A stretch of 45,281 bases of DNA from Methanotrichaceae archaeon (GTDB lineage Archaea; Halobacteriota; Methanosarcinia; Methanotrichales; Methanotrichaceae), in NCBI GenBank assembly GCA_963803145.1, contig CAWDLW010000029.1:1-45281 (forward strand), written 5' to 3'. Below are positions 27,797 to 37,851 of this stretch, piece after piece. Below the pieces are notes generated by a model that saw only the letters and a program-made list of their open reading frames with translations, did no database searches and was not told the DNA's origin. Numbering within the stretch: position 1 is the stretch's first letter; every line of letters starts with the position of its first letter. The position numbers and the translations under genes were made by a program.

Positions 27797-28380
27797 ATGT
27801 CTTCACCTTCCTCAAAGGTTATCCTGCTCTCTTTTGGAATCTGAGAGATAAGCTTGCCATGAAAACATATTCTGTGAGGAGTCATGCTATGAGAATCCGC
27901 ATCGTGAGAGCTTATATCTTGAGAGTCCATATCGTGAGAGCCTAAATCGCGAGAACCCGTGCCATGAGAATACAGGCCGCACCCAAGAATATTGTCCTTA
28001 TACATTACGACCACATAGCCTGAATCCATTGCCTTGTCGGTCTGAATTATCTGGCTGCCTCCGGCCATAAAGATCTTCGCCTGCTCTAAAGTTAGGCAAA
28101 CCAAATTCTTTGTTGCATGTTTGCCGAAGATACGCAGCGCTGAAGTAGTCGGCTTCCAGGGACGATCCTTCAACGAGATCATCCGCAGCCCAATTGTCTC
28201 ATAGCCGAGCCCTGGAAGAACGGCATTGCTGCAGACCCAGACACTCTGCGCCTTCCTGTAAAAGCTGTAGCCTGCAAAGACCTCCTCAGGTATCCCGAAT
28301 CGGGACTGCCACAAAGAAGCGACCTCGCCCGGGCTCATTGGCTCGAAGCTTTCTTTAGTCCTTGATGAGCTTTGCGACAA
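27793..28380 (-). CDS. PUA-like RNA-binding partner of the RsmB/NOL1 methyltransferase, with repeat insertion
   Basis: RFGIP, GLR, KPTTSAL..FGKHATKNLV, GYVVV..ILGCG..LISQIPK; overlaps the methyltransferase gene. Confidence 0.75.
   Translation of the reverse strand: MSQSSSRTKESFEPMSPGEVASLWQSRFGIPEEVFAGYSFYRKAQSVWVCSNAVLPGLGYETIGLRMISLKDRPWKPTTSALRIFGKHATKNLVCLTLEQAKIFMAGGSQIIQTDKAMDSGYVVVMYKDNILGCGLYSHGTGSRDLGSHDMDSQDISSHDADSHSMTPHRICFHGKLISQIPKESRITFEEGEDI
27853..27972. repeat. Degenerate 15-bp tandem repeat, 8 units, in frame
   Basis: Units such as CATATCGTGAGAGCC, CGCATCGTGAGAGCT, TATATCTTGAGAGTC; encode xSHDx pentapeptides. Confidence 0.85.
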
Positions 28381-29242
28381 AGAACCCTCCTGTATCGTTC
28401 AGGTGGGGGTAATATCTTGCACATAGCAATAAATCATTGCTATGCTCTGCACCATTCCATTCGGTTATCCCGGGACAACCCTCTAGTCCAGGGATGGATA
28501 TCTTATCCAAATGCGCTTCGCCCAGCACAGATTCCACCACCGCCTCATTTTCCTCAGGTGCATAAGTGCAGGTCGAGTAAACTACGACTCCTCCAGGCTT
28601 CACAAGATTTATTGCTCTCTTAAGAATCCCCTTCTGCAAGGGTTGAAGGCCTAGCGATCTCTTTAGGTTTGATCTGCCGCATATCCCCAGATCCTTCCTT
28701 GCCCTGCCCTCACCAGAGCAGGGTGCATCCACTAAAACCCTATCGAAGAGATAATTTGGAAACCTCCGACCATCATATCGTGTTATGGCCACATTGACTG
28801 CACCTAGTCTTTCGCAATTCGACCTTAGCGGCGTTACTCTTGATAAAGAAGGCTCATTTGCTATGACAAGTCCTCGGTTATCCATTTGTTGAGAAATCTG
28901 TGTTGTCTTGCTTCCGGGAGCTGAACATAAATCCAGAACAGTCTCTCCAGGCTGCGGCTGAAGTACTAGAGGAGGAATCATCGATACCTCCTCTTGAATA
29001 TGGATGTAGCCTAATATATGCTCTGCCAGCTTGCCGGGGCCCTCAACATCAAGCCTCAGCCCTAAGGGGTACCATCCAAGAGACCTGTAGCCTATGCCTT
29101 TTCTTTCGAAGCGCTCAAGCAAGATTTGACGGTCTATCTTCAATGTATTGATGCGGGCCGAGACAGGTAAAGGCTCATTTAAGATTGCCTTGAAAAGCTC
29201 AAAATCCGGCACTATATCGCGATACCTGTCTAGGGAATCCAT
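28355..29242 (-). CDS. RsmB/NOL1/NOP2-family RNA m5C methyltransferase
   Basis: DLCSAPGSKTTQ, VDAPCSGEG, VYSTCT, ENE, GFFVAK. Confidence 0.95.
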   Translation of the reverse strand: MDSLDRYRDIVPDFELFKAILNEPLPVSARINTLKIDRQILLERFERKGIGYRSLGWYPLGLRLDVEGPGKLAEHILGYIHIQEEVSMIPPLVLQPQPGETVLDLCSAPGSKTTQISQQMDNRGLVIANEPSLSRVTPLRSNCERLGAVNVAITRYDGRRFPNYLFDRVLVDAPCSGEGRARKDLGICGRSNLKRSLGLQPLQKGILKRAINLVKPGGVVVYSTCTYAPEENEAVVESVLGEAHLDKISIPGLEGCPGITEWNGAEHSNDLLLCARYYPHLNDTGGFFVAKLIKD

Positions 29243-29370
29243 AATGCTAAAGAATCTAGTTTATACTGAAATATATTCGCCTTAACGAGCAAAAGGGTTT
29301 AATAGTCGTATGGCAGGTTTCCTAATAGCGCAAAACTATTTTGTGGTTTTTCGCGAAGGACGGTGAAGAA

Positions 29371-29598
29371 TTGTTCAAACGTGAAGAAGGATCTTCTATG
29401 GATAGATCCGCTCCAGCCGCTCCGGTAGAGGTTGGAAAAGAGTACGATGTCAAAATTGAGGACATAGCTCGTGAGGGCGACGGCATTGCCAGGATCGAGG
29501 GTTTTGTAATCTTTGTAGCTGAAGCCAAAGTCGGAGATCAGGTTAAGATCCAGATCGATAAGGTTATGCGTCGTTTTGCAATCGGCCATAAGGTCTGA
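29371..29598 (+). CDS. Single TRAM-domain RNA-binding protein
   Basis: PVEVGKEYDVKIEDIAREGDGIARIEGFVIFV; TTG start after GGTGA. Confidence 0.9.
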   Translation: MFKREEGSSMDRSAPAAPVEVGKEYDVKIEDIAREGDGIARIEGFVIFVAEAKVGDQVKIQIDKVMRRFAIGHKV

Positions 29599-29937
29599 AA
29601 TTCGTTCCCGCATTAATAATAGCAATGTAATAAAGACTGGTTCTTGTAACCAGGATGTCAATCTTTGTTTTATTGAGTACCGATAATTATTTGTCCTAAT
29701 AATACAACCCCTTCGACACTGCTCACAATAGGTGATAAAAAAAGAATAACTCTAAGTTTCCCTGTGTATGTTTCTTCAGAGATAATATGAAAGCCAGTGA
29801 CCTAGAAGGCAACTGGCATTTCATTTAATATTGGATTTTTTAGTGATAGACGGAAATGACATGCACGGCTGAATGTAGGAGTTCCAAGGCAGGATAGCTC
29901 AAAAGCTAAGGTTACAAAAGGGATTGAGGGGGTAATA

Positions 29938-30759
29938 ATGAATAGAAGGTATGAGCTGTTTATAGTGATAGTTGCAACGCTTCTCTATACAGGAAATGCT
30001 CTAACAACTGAAGATCTTATGCTTGCAGAAAATGGCAAAAACACTGCTCCGATCACATCATTTGCAGACACTGGCGCCGTCAACCAGCCGCCTGTGGCAA
30101 AAAGCTTGACACCTGATACTGAGGGCCCGCAGTCAGCAGGCACGACCATAGTATGGACTGGAGAAGCATATGATCCTGATAGCGATAGGATGCTGTATCA
30201 GTTCTGGCTAAATGGGCCATCTACAGGGAACAAGTGGAAGCCCATGACCGATTGGAGTGAGAGCAATACATGGAATTGGACCACAAGCCCTATTGATATC
30301 GGTAATAATATTATAGATATACGAATAAGAGATAGTCACCATACAGGTCCGTGGGGATGGGATAGCCATATCAGCGCCGAGTATGCCATAGAAGATCTTG
30401 TTGGTGCAGAAAGCGGCAGTAGAATGAACAGCAAGCCATCTATTCTAGGACTTAGATCCGATAGACAAAGCCCTCAGGATCAGGGCACTAAGATTACGTG
30501 GACCATCACGGCATCAGATCCAGAGGGCGATACGATCCTTTATCAGTACTGGCTTAAGGGGCCATCAACTGAGGATCAGTGGGTGCCTGACACTGACTGG
30601 TCAACAAGCAAATCCTGGCTCTGGAATACGGCACAGACAAAGGCAGGCATATATACAATCGAGGCCAGGATAAGGGATGGGTACCATGCAAATATTGATG
30701 GTTCAGATGATTCCAAAAGGGCTGTCTATGTTTTAAAGCAGACAGGAATCATTGAGTAG
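29938..30759 (+). CDS. Secreted/surface protein with two ~95-aa beta-rich repeats
   Basis: Signal peptide; duplicated PQ..GT.I.WT..A.DP..D..LYQ.WL.GPST...W.P.TDWS....W.W.T. Confidence 0.82.
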   Translation: MNRRYELFIVIVATLLYTGNALTTEDLMLAENGKNTAPITSFADTGAVNQPPVAKSLTPDTEGPQSAGTTIVWTGEAYDPDSDRMLYQFWLNGPSTGNKWKPMTDWSESNTWNWTTSPIDIGNNIIDIRIRDSHHTGPWGWDSHISAEYAIEDLVGAESGSRMNSKPSILGLRSDRQSPQDQGTKITWTITASDPEGDTILYQYWLKGPSTEDQWVPDTDWSTSKSWLWNTAQTKAGIYTIEARIRDGYHANIDGSDDSKRAVYVLKQTGIIE

Positions 30760-30800
30760 CCGGAGCCATTTAGTAGTCGGAGTCATTGAGTAACCAGTAT
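30750..30800. repeat. 17-bp tandem repeat, 3 units, spanning the stop codon
   Basis: CATTGAGTAGCCGGAGC / CATTTAGTAGTCGGAGT / CATTGAGTAACCAGTAT. Confidence 0.75.
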
Positions 30801-30811
30801 CAAATTTGATA

Positions 30812-30844
30812 GAAAAGGGCCTTTTAGGCCCTATCTCACTTTTA
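30812..30844. terminator. Hairpin between convergent genes
   Basis: AGGGCC-TTTTA-GGCCCT flanked by A and T runs. Confidence 0.5.
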
Positions 30845-31981
30845 TTACCTGTTTGATATTAGAACTGCATCAAGGTCTTGAAGGAAAAGATCGATATTCT
30901 TGCGAGTAATGTGACTCATGAGGATGAGCCTCAAAGCCCTATGAGGTTCACGGGTCATGGATACGTGCCAGCCGAGGTTCATAAGATTATGTCTAACCTT
31001 CGCCGGTTCTGGGACCTTCAATGCGACGACGTTCATGACTGGCTCGATTACAGGCTCAACGCCGATATCATGTGCACCTGATACAATATATCTTGTCAGA
31101 TCCATGCAGTAATCGGTGAGCTTCGTAAAACCCTTTTTGCCTAAATGCATCATAACAGCATAGGTAGCTGCAGCTGCTGCACCGCTTCTAGTGCCTGTTA
31201 GAGAAGCTTGCCTCGTCTTTGTCAAGTAGTGTGTCTCCGTCTCCAGCACCTCAAGATCTCCGGATTCGCGGAAAAGCAGGCCTCCTGCGGGTATCGTGGA
31301 GAGCCCCATCTTATGAGGATCTATGGTGATCGATGATACGCCGTCAACTTGGAAATCCCATTTAAAGTCGCCCTTCAAAAAGGGCAGTACGAAACCTCCA
31401 AAAGCTGCGTCTACATGGAGATGAATCCCATTTTCACGTGCTATTTCTGCCAGGGCATCTATTGGGTCCACCTGTCCAAACTCAGTTGTTCCTGCGATGC
31501 CCACAAGAGCAACCGTCTTTTTATCTACGAGGCCTTCCACCGATGAGATATCAACCCTCAGGCTATCATCCAGCTCAGCCTTACGCACCTCAAGGCATAG
31601 AAGATCGCCGATCTTGTCAAAGGAAAAGTGGGCTGAGGCAGGAACCACTATATTTCCGCCTGTTATGTCAGATTCATTTCTGGCAGCATGAATTGCCTGA
31701 ATGTTCGATTCAGTGCCGCCCGTGGAGATATAGCCATAAGCTTCAGGACATCCCAGAAGCTCTCCCATCATCCTCACGGCTTCGCGCTCAATCTCGGCGA
31801 TTCCTGGAAACAAACCTGGGTCCCCCAGGTTCGTCTCCAAAAACATGTTATGAGCCATTACAGCTATTGGATGAGGCTGAGTGCACATAGTGGAGAAAAA
31901 GCGATCGTAAGCGTGATCGCGTGCTCTCATATCTTTGAGGATCCTCAGCACCTCATCTTCTGTTAGGCCCTCTTCTATCAC
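30845..31981 (-). CDS. mfnA: L-tyrosine/L-aspartate decarboxylase (PLP-dependent)
   Basis: NLGDPGLFPG, GGTESN, HVDAAFGG, DPHKMG. Confidence 0.93.
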   Translation of the reverse strand: MIEEGLTEDEVLRILKDMRARDHAYDRFFSTMCTQPHPIAVMAHNMFLETNLGDPGLFPGIAEIEREAVRMMGELLGCPEAYGYISTGGTESNIQAIHAARNESDITGGNIVVPASAHFSFDKIGDLLCLEVRKAELDDSLRVDISSVEGLVDKKTVALVGIAGTTEFGQVDPIDALAEIARENGIHLHVDAAFGGFVLPFLKGDFKWDFQVDGVSSITIDPHKMGLSTIPAGGLLFRESGDLEVLETETHYLTKTRQASLTGTRSGAAAAATYAVMMHLGKKGFTKLTDYCMDLTRYIVSGAHDIGVEPVIEPVMNVVALKVPEPAKVRHNLMNLGWHVSMTREPHRALRLILMSHITRKNIDLFLQDLDAVLISNR

Positions 31982-34251
31982 GTGAGCCGCTCCCGCAGAG
32001 CCTTGAGCATTATTATCTTCTCGGCTCTGGCAACAGTCTCCCTTACGGTCGCAACTGCATCGATGTTTGCAGAGATGCTTGTAATGCCTATTTGCACGAG
32101 ACGCTTTGCCATCTCAGGGTTTGAACCTGCCTGGCCGCAGATCGAGGTCTTGACTCCAGCCTCGTTACAGCGCTCGACGACGTATTCAATCTGTTTCAGT
32201 ATTGCTGGATGGAGTTCAGTATAAAGCCCTGCTACATTCTCGTTGTTCCTGTCCACTGCCAGTGTATACTGAGTTAGGTCGTTAGTTCCGAAGGAGATGA
32301 AATCAAGACCTTCCTCGATGAAATCTTCGATTGTTAGCGCAGCTCCAGGGGTCTCGACCATTATTCCAACATCGATCTTCTCAAGATCCAGGCATTCGTC
32401 GATCATGATAGCCTTAGCCTCTCGAAGCTCGCTTACGTGCTGGACCATCGGCAGCATTATGCCAACATTGGTCAGTCCCATCTCATACAGCTTCTTGAAG
32501 GCCCTCATCTCTAAGCGGAAATGCTCTGTCTCCGTTAGATCGCGTCTAATACCGCGCCAGCCGAGCATTGGGTTATGCTCAATCGGCTCGCCTTCGCCGC
32601 CTTCCATTGCCCTGAACTCATCAGTTGGCGCATCGAGGGTACGCACCCATACGGGTTTCGGATAGAATGCATCTGCGACGGCTTTTACGCCCTTCACAAG
32701 CTCTTCTACATATTCTTCAGTCTTGCCGCTATTGATGTACCAGTTCGGCGTCTTTCCAAGACCCAGGATCATGTGTTCGATCCTGAGGAGCCCTACCCCA
32801 TCGGCTAATGTCGCTGCAGCTGCCTCTGCGCGAGTCGGCTCACTGATATTCACCTTGATCTCCGTTGCAGTTATCGGCTTGGAAGGCATAATAGTAGTCG
32901 TAGCAGCAGCCTTGGCAGACTTTGCCTCTGTCTTAACGCTTCCCTCATAGACCTGGCCTTTGCTGCCGTCAACTGTGACGGTCATGCCCTCTTTTAGCAC
33001 CTGTGTGGCCTTCTTAGTGCCGACGACTGCCGGGCAGCCCAGTTCACGGCTAACGATCGCTGCATGGCAGGCCATGCCGCCTTCATCGGTGATAATGGCG
33101 CCTGCACGCCTCATGCCTGGAACCATATCCGGCATGGTCATCTTCGTGACCATGATATCGCCCTGCTTGACTCTATCAAGATCACGGGCACCAGTGACCA
33201 GTCTAGTAACGCCGGTAGCCATACCAGGCGATGCTCCGAGGCCAGTTACAATTACTTTGCCAGTGCCGGCTTGCGAGTCCGCCTTCTCAGATTTGGCAAT
33301 AGTGGTAATTGGTCTTGACTGGAGAATGTAGATCTTGCTCTTTTCAACGCCCCATTCGATATCCTGGGGTATTCCATAGTGCTTTTCAAGGATTTCGGCA
33401 TATTTGGCGAGTTGGATAACCTCATCATCCGTCAGAACTTTTGCATTCTTCTTATCAGGCGGCACTGGTATTGTCACTGTCTTATTCGTCTTGGGATCGC
33501 GGATTATCATGATCTCCTTGGTGGCAATATACGTGCTCAGGATCTTCCTGGTTGCCCTATCCACGATATAGTTATCAGGCGAGACACTTCCGCTGACTAC
33601 AGCTTCGCCTAATCCCCAGGCACCCTCTATTACAACCAATGGTTCACCAGTGCTCGGCTGGGAGCTGAACATCACTCCCGATTTCTCTGAGTCTACCATC
33701 TTCTGGATTATGGCTGAAAGGTTCACCTTTTCATGTTCGAATCCCTTCTCAACCCTATAGAATATGGCACGCGCACCATAGAGGGATGCCCAACACTTCC
33801 GAACAGCATTGAAGACCTCATCAGGCCCACGCATATTCAGATAAGTCTCCTGCTGGCCTGCAAAGCTCGCGTCTGGCAAATCCTCAGCCGTTGCGCTCGA
33901 TCTCACTGCTACAAAGACCTCCTTGCCTTCGCGCTTGGAGAGCTCCTCATACCGAGATTTGATAGCCCTCTCAATGTCCTCAGGCACCTTGGCATCCATG
34001 ATCAGGCGCTTCGCGTTCTCCTCAGCTTTGATGAGCTGGGCCTGGTCGTTAACATCAACCTTTAGGGCATCAAATAGCTTCTCTGCTATGCCAGATCTGT
34101 TTATGAAATCTCTGAATGCCTGGGCCGTCACTGCGAAGCCGCCCGGAACTGGCACACCGATATTTATCATCTCGCCAAGGCTTGCACCCTTGCCGCCGAC
34201 TATGGAGAGATCCTCCTTCCCTACCTCTTCAAGCCAAACAACTGCATCCAT
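31978..34251 (-). CDS. ppsA: Phosphoenolpyruvate synthase
   Basis: VGGKGASLGEM, AVRSSATAEDLPDASFAGQQET, CHAAIVSRELG, FGTNDLTQY. Confidence 0.96.
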   Translation of the reverse strand: MDAVVWLEEVGKEDLSIVGGKGASLGEMINIGVPVPGGFAVTAQAFRDFINRSGIAEKLFDALKVDVNDQAQLIKAEENAKRLIMDAKVPEDIERAIKSRYEELSKREGKEVFVAVRSSATAEDLPDASFAGQQETYLNMRGPDEVFNAVRKCWASLYGARAIFYRVEKGFEHEKVNLSAIIQKMVDSEKSGVMFSSQPSTGEPLVVIEGAWGLGEAVVSGSVSPDNYIVDRATRKILSTYIATKEIMIIRDPKTNKTVTIPVPPDKKNAKVLTDDEVIQLAKYAEILEKHYGIPQDIEWGVEKSKIYILQSRPITTIAKSEKADSQAGTGKVIVTGLGASPGMATGVTRLVTGARDLDRVKQGDIMVTKMTMPDMVPGMRRAGAIITDEGGMACHAAIVSRELGCPAVVGTKKATQVLKEGMTVTVDGSKGQVYEGSVKTEAKSAKAAATTTIMPSKPITATEIKVNISEPTRAEAAAATLADGVGLLRIEHMILGLGKTPNWYINSGKTEEYVEELVKGVKAVADAFYPKPVWVRTLDAPTDEFRAMEGGEGEPIEHNPMLGWRGIRRDLTETEHFRLEMRAFKKLYEMGLTNVGIMLPMVQHVSELREAKAIMIDECLDLEKIDVGIMVETPGAALTIEDFIEEGLDFISFGTNDLTQYTLAVDRNNENVAGLYTELHPAILKQIEYVVERCNEAGVKTSICGQAGSNPEMAKRLVQIGITSISANIDAVATVRETVARAEKIIMLKALRERLT

Positions 34252-34370
34252 TTGATCGTCCACCCAAATAGTAGTTAAGATGTCTGCCCCACAATCCCGC
34301 TACTACAATATATCAAGCTATCACAAGGAATATAGTATATATACAAAAGGATATATCTGCAGGTGCAATT

Positions 34371-35531
34371 TTGCCGAAGATGTTCAAGCGCCTTGTAGGT
34401 GCGGATGAAGCACTGAAGCTCCTGATGGAAAGATGCAATCCTGTTAAGCGTATCGAATCTCTGGCCTTGGCCGAGTCTATTGGGAGAGTGCTCGCGAAAG
34501 ATGTAACTTCAGCCACTAATCTGCCCGAGTTCAACAGGGCAGCAATGGACGGTTTTGCCGTCAGATCAAGTGATACGCGAAGTGCAAGCCCTCTGAACCC
34601 AACTTATCTTGATAGCTTTCTCTCTATTAGAACAGGCATGGCGGTTCCTGAAAGCTTCGATGCCGTCGTCATGCTGGAGGACTCAGTGTTACGAGGAGAG
34701 GTGCTGGAAGTAAAGGCGGAAGTATATCCCTACAGGAATGTATCCAGAATCGGAGAGGATATCCAGAAGGGAGATACGGCTCTATTGGAAGGACACATCC
34801 TTAGACCGCCAGATGTTGCGCTTCTGTCTGCCCTGGGCGTGGAAAGCGTAACTGTTTATGCGAGACCTGAGGTCGCGATAATTCCCACAGGTGGAGAGCT
34901 TGTGGCAATTGGCTCACGACCGCTTCGCCCTGGCGAGGCATACGAGATCAACGGCCTGATGGCAAGCCAATACATCGAAAAATGGGGCGGCATTGTTTCA
35001 CTGCACGAAATTGTGCCAGATAATCCTGAACTCATACAGTCGGCGATCGTTTCCAGCTCCGAGATGGATATGGTAATAATAATAGGTGGAACTTCTGTTG
35101 GCGAGAAGGACTACGCACCCAGAGTCGTTGATGATCTTGGAGAGCTGCTTGTTCATGGCATAAGAATTCAGCCGGGCAAACCTACGGCTCTAGGTATAGT
35201 CAGGGATAAGCCTATAGTATGCCTCCCGGGATATCCTGTGGCAGCTTTGTCTTCTCTGTATCTGTTTATTCGGCCGGCCTTGAAGCGGCTTGCGCATCTA
35301 AATGACGCCGGACCCAAAATTTGTGCGCGGCTTTCGAGGAAGATTGCATCCAAGGTCGGATATCTAAGCATAGTAAGGGTAGCCCTCGAAAACGATAATG
35401 TGGTGCCTATCATGTCTACAGGCGCAGGAATCCTGAGCTCAGTGGCCAGAGCCGATGGCTTCGTGATCGTGCCTGAGGAGCGCGAGGGCATTGAGCCAGG
35501 GGAGATCGTAGAGGTTATGCTATTTGAGTAA
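34371..35531 (+). CDS. moeA: Molybdopterin molybdenumtransferase
   Basis: RAAMDGFAV, PTGGEL, GGTSVGEKDY, PGKP, LPGYPVA. Confidence 0.95.
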   Translation: MPKMFKRLVGADEALKLLMERCNPVKRIESLALAESIGRVLAKDVTSATNLPEFNRAAMDGFAVRSSDTRSASPLNPTYLDSFLSIRTGMAVPESFDAVVMLEDSVLRGEVLEVKAEVYPYRNVSRIGEDIQKGDTALLEGHILRPPDVALLSALGVESVTVYARPEVAIIPTGGELVAIGSRPLRPGEAYEINGLMASQYIEKWGGIVSLHEIVPDNPELIQSAIVSSSEMDMVIIIGGTSVGEKDYAPRVVDDLGELLVHGIRIQPGKPTALGIVRDKPIVCLPGYPVAALSSLYLFIRPALKRLAHLNDAGPKICARLSRKIASKVGYLSIVRVALENDNVVPIMSTGAGILSSVARADGFVIVPEEREGIEPGEIVEVMLFE

Positions 35532-35744
35532 TCGGTCTCATCAGCTTTAAAATGAAATTATCATGGACGCCCGTTTGGGTGTGGGAGTTTTGGGTTTGTA
35601 GGCAGACTCCGACGGCCAAATTTGAGTTATATAAAACAGCAGTGTGTTCGTTGTCACTAAAAGTTACTTTATCGTTACTCAAATAAACTTGAATTAAATA
35701 ATGCGGCGTTGATTTAATATACCCGAGACACCAGGGCATAGGCC

Positions 35745-36785
35745 ATGGCTAAATGGATCTACCCGGATTTCGAGTTCAAGCCTGAGAGGCCTCTCTTCCT
35801 TTGCATCATTTCCAACACAGATACCGGCAAGATACCGGGAATTAGTGCTGCAGGAACATCCCCTGAGCTAACCGATTACACGCCTGGAGCTGATGCTGAG
35901 CTTGTCGAGACGAATAAAATCATAACAATGCCTGAGCTGCCGGAGGCTCCTGGAGGCTCGCCGACCCCGGCAATTGTCACAAAAGCGGCTTTGAACCTTA
36001 CAGGCATCCCCTCTCTGTTCGTAGCCTCAGGGCTTAGAAAGAAGCCCGCGATCCCCTATGTGGAATTGGGCGGTGCAGGAGGAAACGATATACGCAAGCA
36101 GCCAGCCGTCCCAGATGCCCGAGGACTCTATGAAAATGCGATCCTTCTCGGAAAGAAGCTTGCTCGCCTTTCGGATTGCGTCTTCATAGGCGAGTCGATC
36201 GCAGGAGGCACAACAACGGCGATGGCCGTTCTCAGAGCTTTAGGCTACAGCGGGAACGTAAGCAGCAGCTTCTGTGCCAACCCTATGGACCTGAAGGTCA
36301 AGGTAGTAGTGGAGGCCATGAAGCGTGCAGGAATAACCTTGGGAAGTATGAAGAATAATCCTCTCAGGGCCGTGGCCGAACTAGGTGATCCCATGATGCC
36401 TGCTGCCCTTGGTTTAATGCGCGGACTGAAAGGAACCAAGGTTGTCATGGCGGGAGGAACACAGATGGCCGCCGTGCTTGCCATGGGCAAGGCGATGCAG
36501 ATTGAAGGCGATATCTCCATTGCCACAACCAAGTACATCGTAGAGGACTCCAGCGCCAGCTTCAAAGAGATCGTAGAATCAACTGGCTGGCCGTATTACT
36601 ACTCTGATCCTGGCCTTGAGATGTCCAAGATTCCACCTGTGCAAATTTATGCCCAGGGATATGTCAAGGAGGGCGTGGGCATGGGCGGTGCAGCTCTACT
36701 TGCAGGCATTTACGGCGTAAGCCAGAAGAAGCTAGTAGAGGAGACGGACCGCGTGCTGATGACGGTCGAGCTGCCCAAGAAGTAA
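35745..36785 (+). CDS. cobT: Archaeal-type nicotinate-nucleotide:benzimidazole phosphoribosyltransferase
   Basis: IPGISAAG, PTPA, GESIAGGTTTA, GDPM, AGGTQM, GYVKEGVGMGG. Confidence 0.9.
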   Translation: MAKWIYPDFEFKPERPLFLCIISNTDTGKIPGISAAGTSPELTDYTPGADAELVETNKIITMPELPEAPGGSPTPAIVTKAALNLTGIPSLFVASGLRKKPAIPYVELGGAGGNDIRKQPAVPDARGLYENAILLGKKLARLSDCVFIGESIAGGTTTAMAVLRALGYSGNVSSSFCANPMDLKVKVVVEAMKRAGITLGSMKNNPLRAVAELGDPMMPAALGLMRGLKGTKVVMAGGTQMAAVLAMGKAMQIEGDISIATTKYIVEDSSASFKEIVESTGWPYYYSDPGLEMSKIPPVQIYAQGYVKEGVGMGGAALLAGIYGVSQKKLVEETDRVLMTVELPKK

Positions 36786-36813
36786 GCCCGAACAAATTTT
36801 TTCTCTAAAAATC

Positions 36814-37842
36814 ATGAAAGCTGCAGTTCTGAAAGCTCCAGGTATTCTTGAGCTGGATGACCTTCCAGATCCCGAATGCCCGAAGGGAGGAGCCATTGTA
36901 AAAGTTGAGGCCTGTTCAGTATGCGGGACAGACATCAAGATGCTCCAGAAAGGCCATAGGGATCTGGTCTATCCTCGTATCCTGGGCCACGAAATCGTGG
37001 GAGAGGTCTTGGAGATCGACCAGGAATGCGGCATTATAGAAGGCGATCTTGCCCAGGTCTGGCCGGGTATTGCCTGTGGAAGCTGTAGACCCTGCCTGCG
37101 AGGCAGAGATAACGAATGCGAGAACATGAAGATCCTTGGCTTTAGCCAGGATGGTGGCTTTGCAGAACTGATCGCTCTTCCCAAGGAGAGCATCTTAAAG
37201 GGATTAAATCCGATCCAGAAGCATTCCAGCTCCGATATTATCGCGCTTGCGGAGCCTCTGGCATGCTGCATAAACGGTCAGGAGCTGACAAGAGTCTCCG
37301 AAGGCGATGTTGTTCTCATCATCGGCGGCGGCCCTATAGGATGCCTTCATGCTGTTCTAGCAGAGCTTTGCGGTGCAGAGTTGGTAATGGTTGCAGAGAA
37401 GCTGGAAGGCAGAATCCAGAGAATCAAGAGGCATGCAGATTGTCATGTATTGAATGCATCTGAGCCGCTGCAGCAAGCAGTCGCTGCAGAGACGGATGGG
37501 AGGGGTGCGGATGTGGTTCTGACTGCTACGCCTGAAGTCAAAGTGGATAATCTCCTTCTAAAGTTGCTTGCTTCAGGCGGACGGATATGCATTTTCTCAG
37601 GGCCCAGACCAGGATGCCACGAGGAGACAATTGACATCAGGTCGATGCACTATCGAGAGCTAACAGTGGTTGGAGCTTATGGTTGCTCTAGCAGACAGAA
37701 TCGCATGGCTGTGGAGCTTCTTTCCTCAGGAGAAGCAAAGGTGGATTGGATTGTTACCAAGAGGACATCCCTGGACAGGATTCAAGATGCTTTGAGCCAT
37801 TCTTCCGAAAGAAAAGGGCTAAAATCGGTTATTGAAGGATGA
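36814..37842 (+). CDS. Zinc-dependent medium-chain alcohol/polyol dehydrogenase
   Basis: CGTD, GHE, CGSCRPC-x7-C, EPLAC, GGGPIG. Confidence 0.92.
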   Translation: MKAAVLKAPGILELDDLPDPECPKGGAIVKVEACSVCGTDIKMLQKGHRDLVYPRILGHEIVGEVLEIDQECGIIEGDLAQVWPGIACGSCRPCLRGRDNECENMKILGFSQDGGFAELIALPKESILKGLNPIQKHSSSDIIALAEPLACCINGQELTRVSEGDVVLIIGGGPIGCLHAVLAELCGAELVMVAEKLEGRIQRIKRHADCHVLNASEPLQQAVAAETDGRGADVVLTATPEVKVDNLLLKLLASGGRICIFSGPRPGCHEETIDIRSMHYRELTVVGAYGCSSRQNRMAVELLSSGEAKVDWIVTKRTSLDRIQDALSHSSERKGLKSVIEG

Positions 37843-37851
37843 GGTGAACAG

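Noticed and set aside
31982-34255. Numerous + strand ORFs inside ppsA (and similar ones inside acs, cofH and cobT)
   Set aside because: Antisense or off-frame shadows of well-supported genes.
35532-35744. Cobalamin riboswitch upstream of cobT
   Set aside because: No recognisable B12-box or GGGAA/GCCACTG core; the region looks like an ordinary AT-rich promoter.
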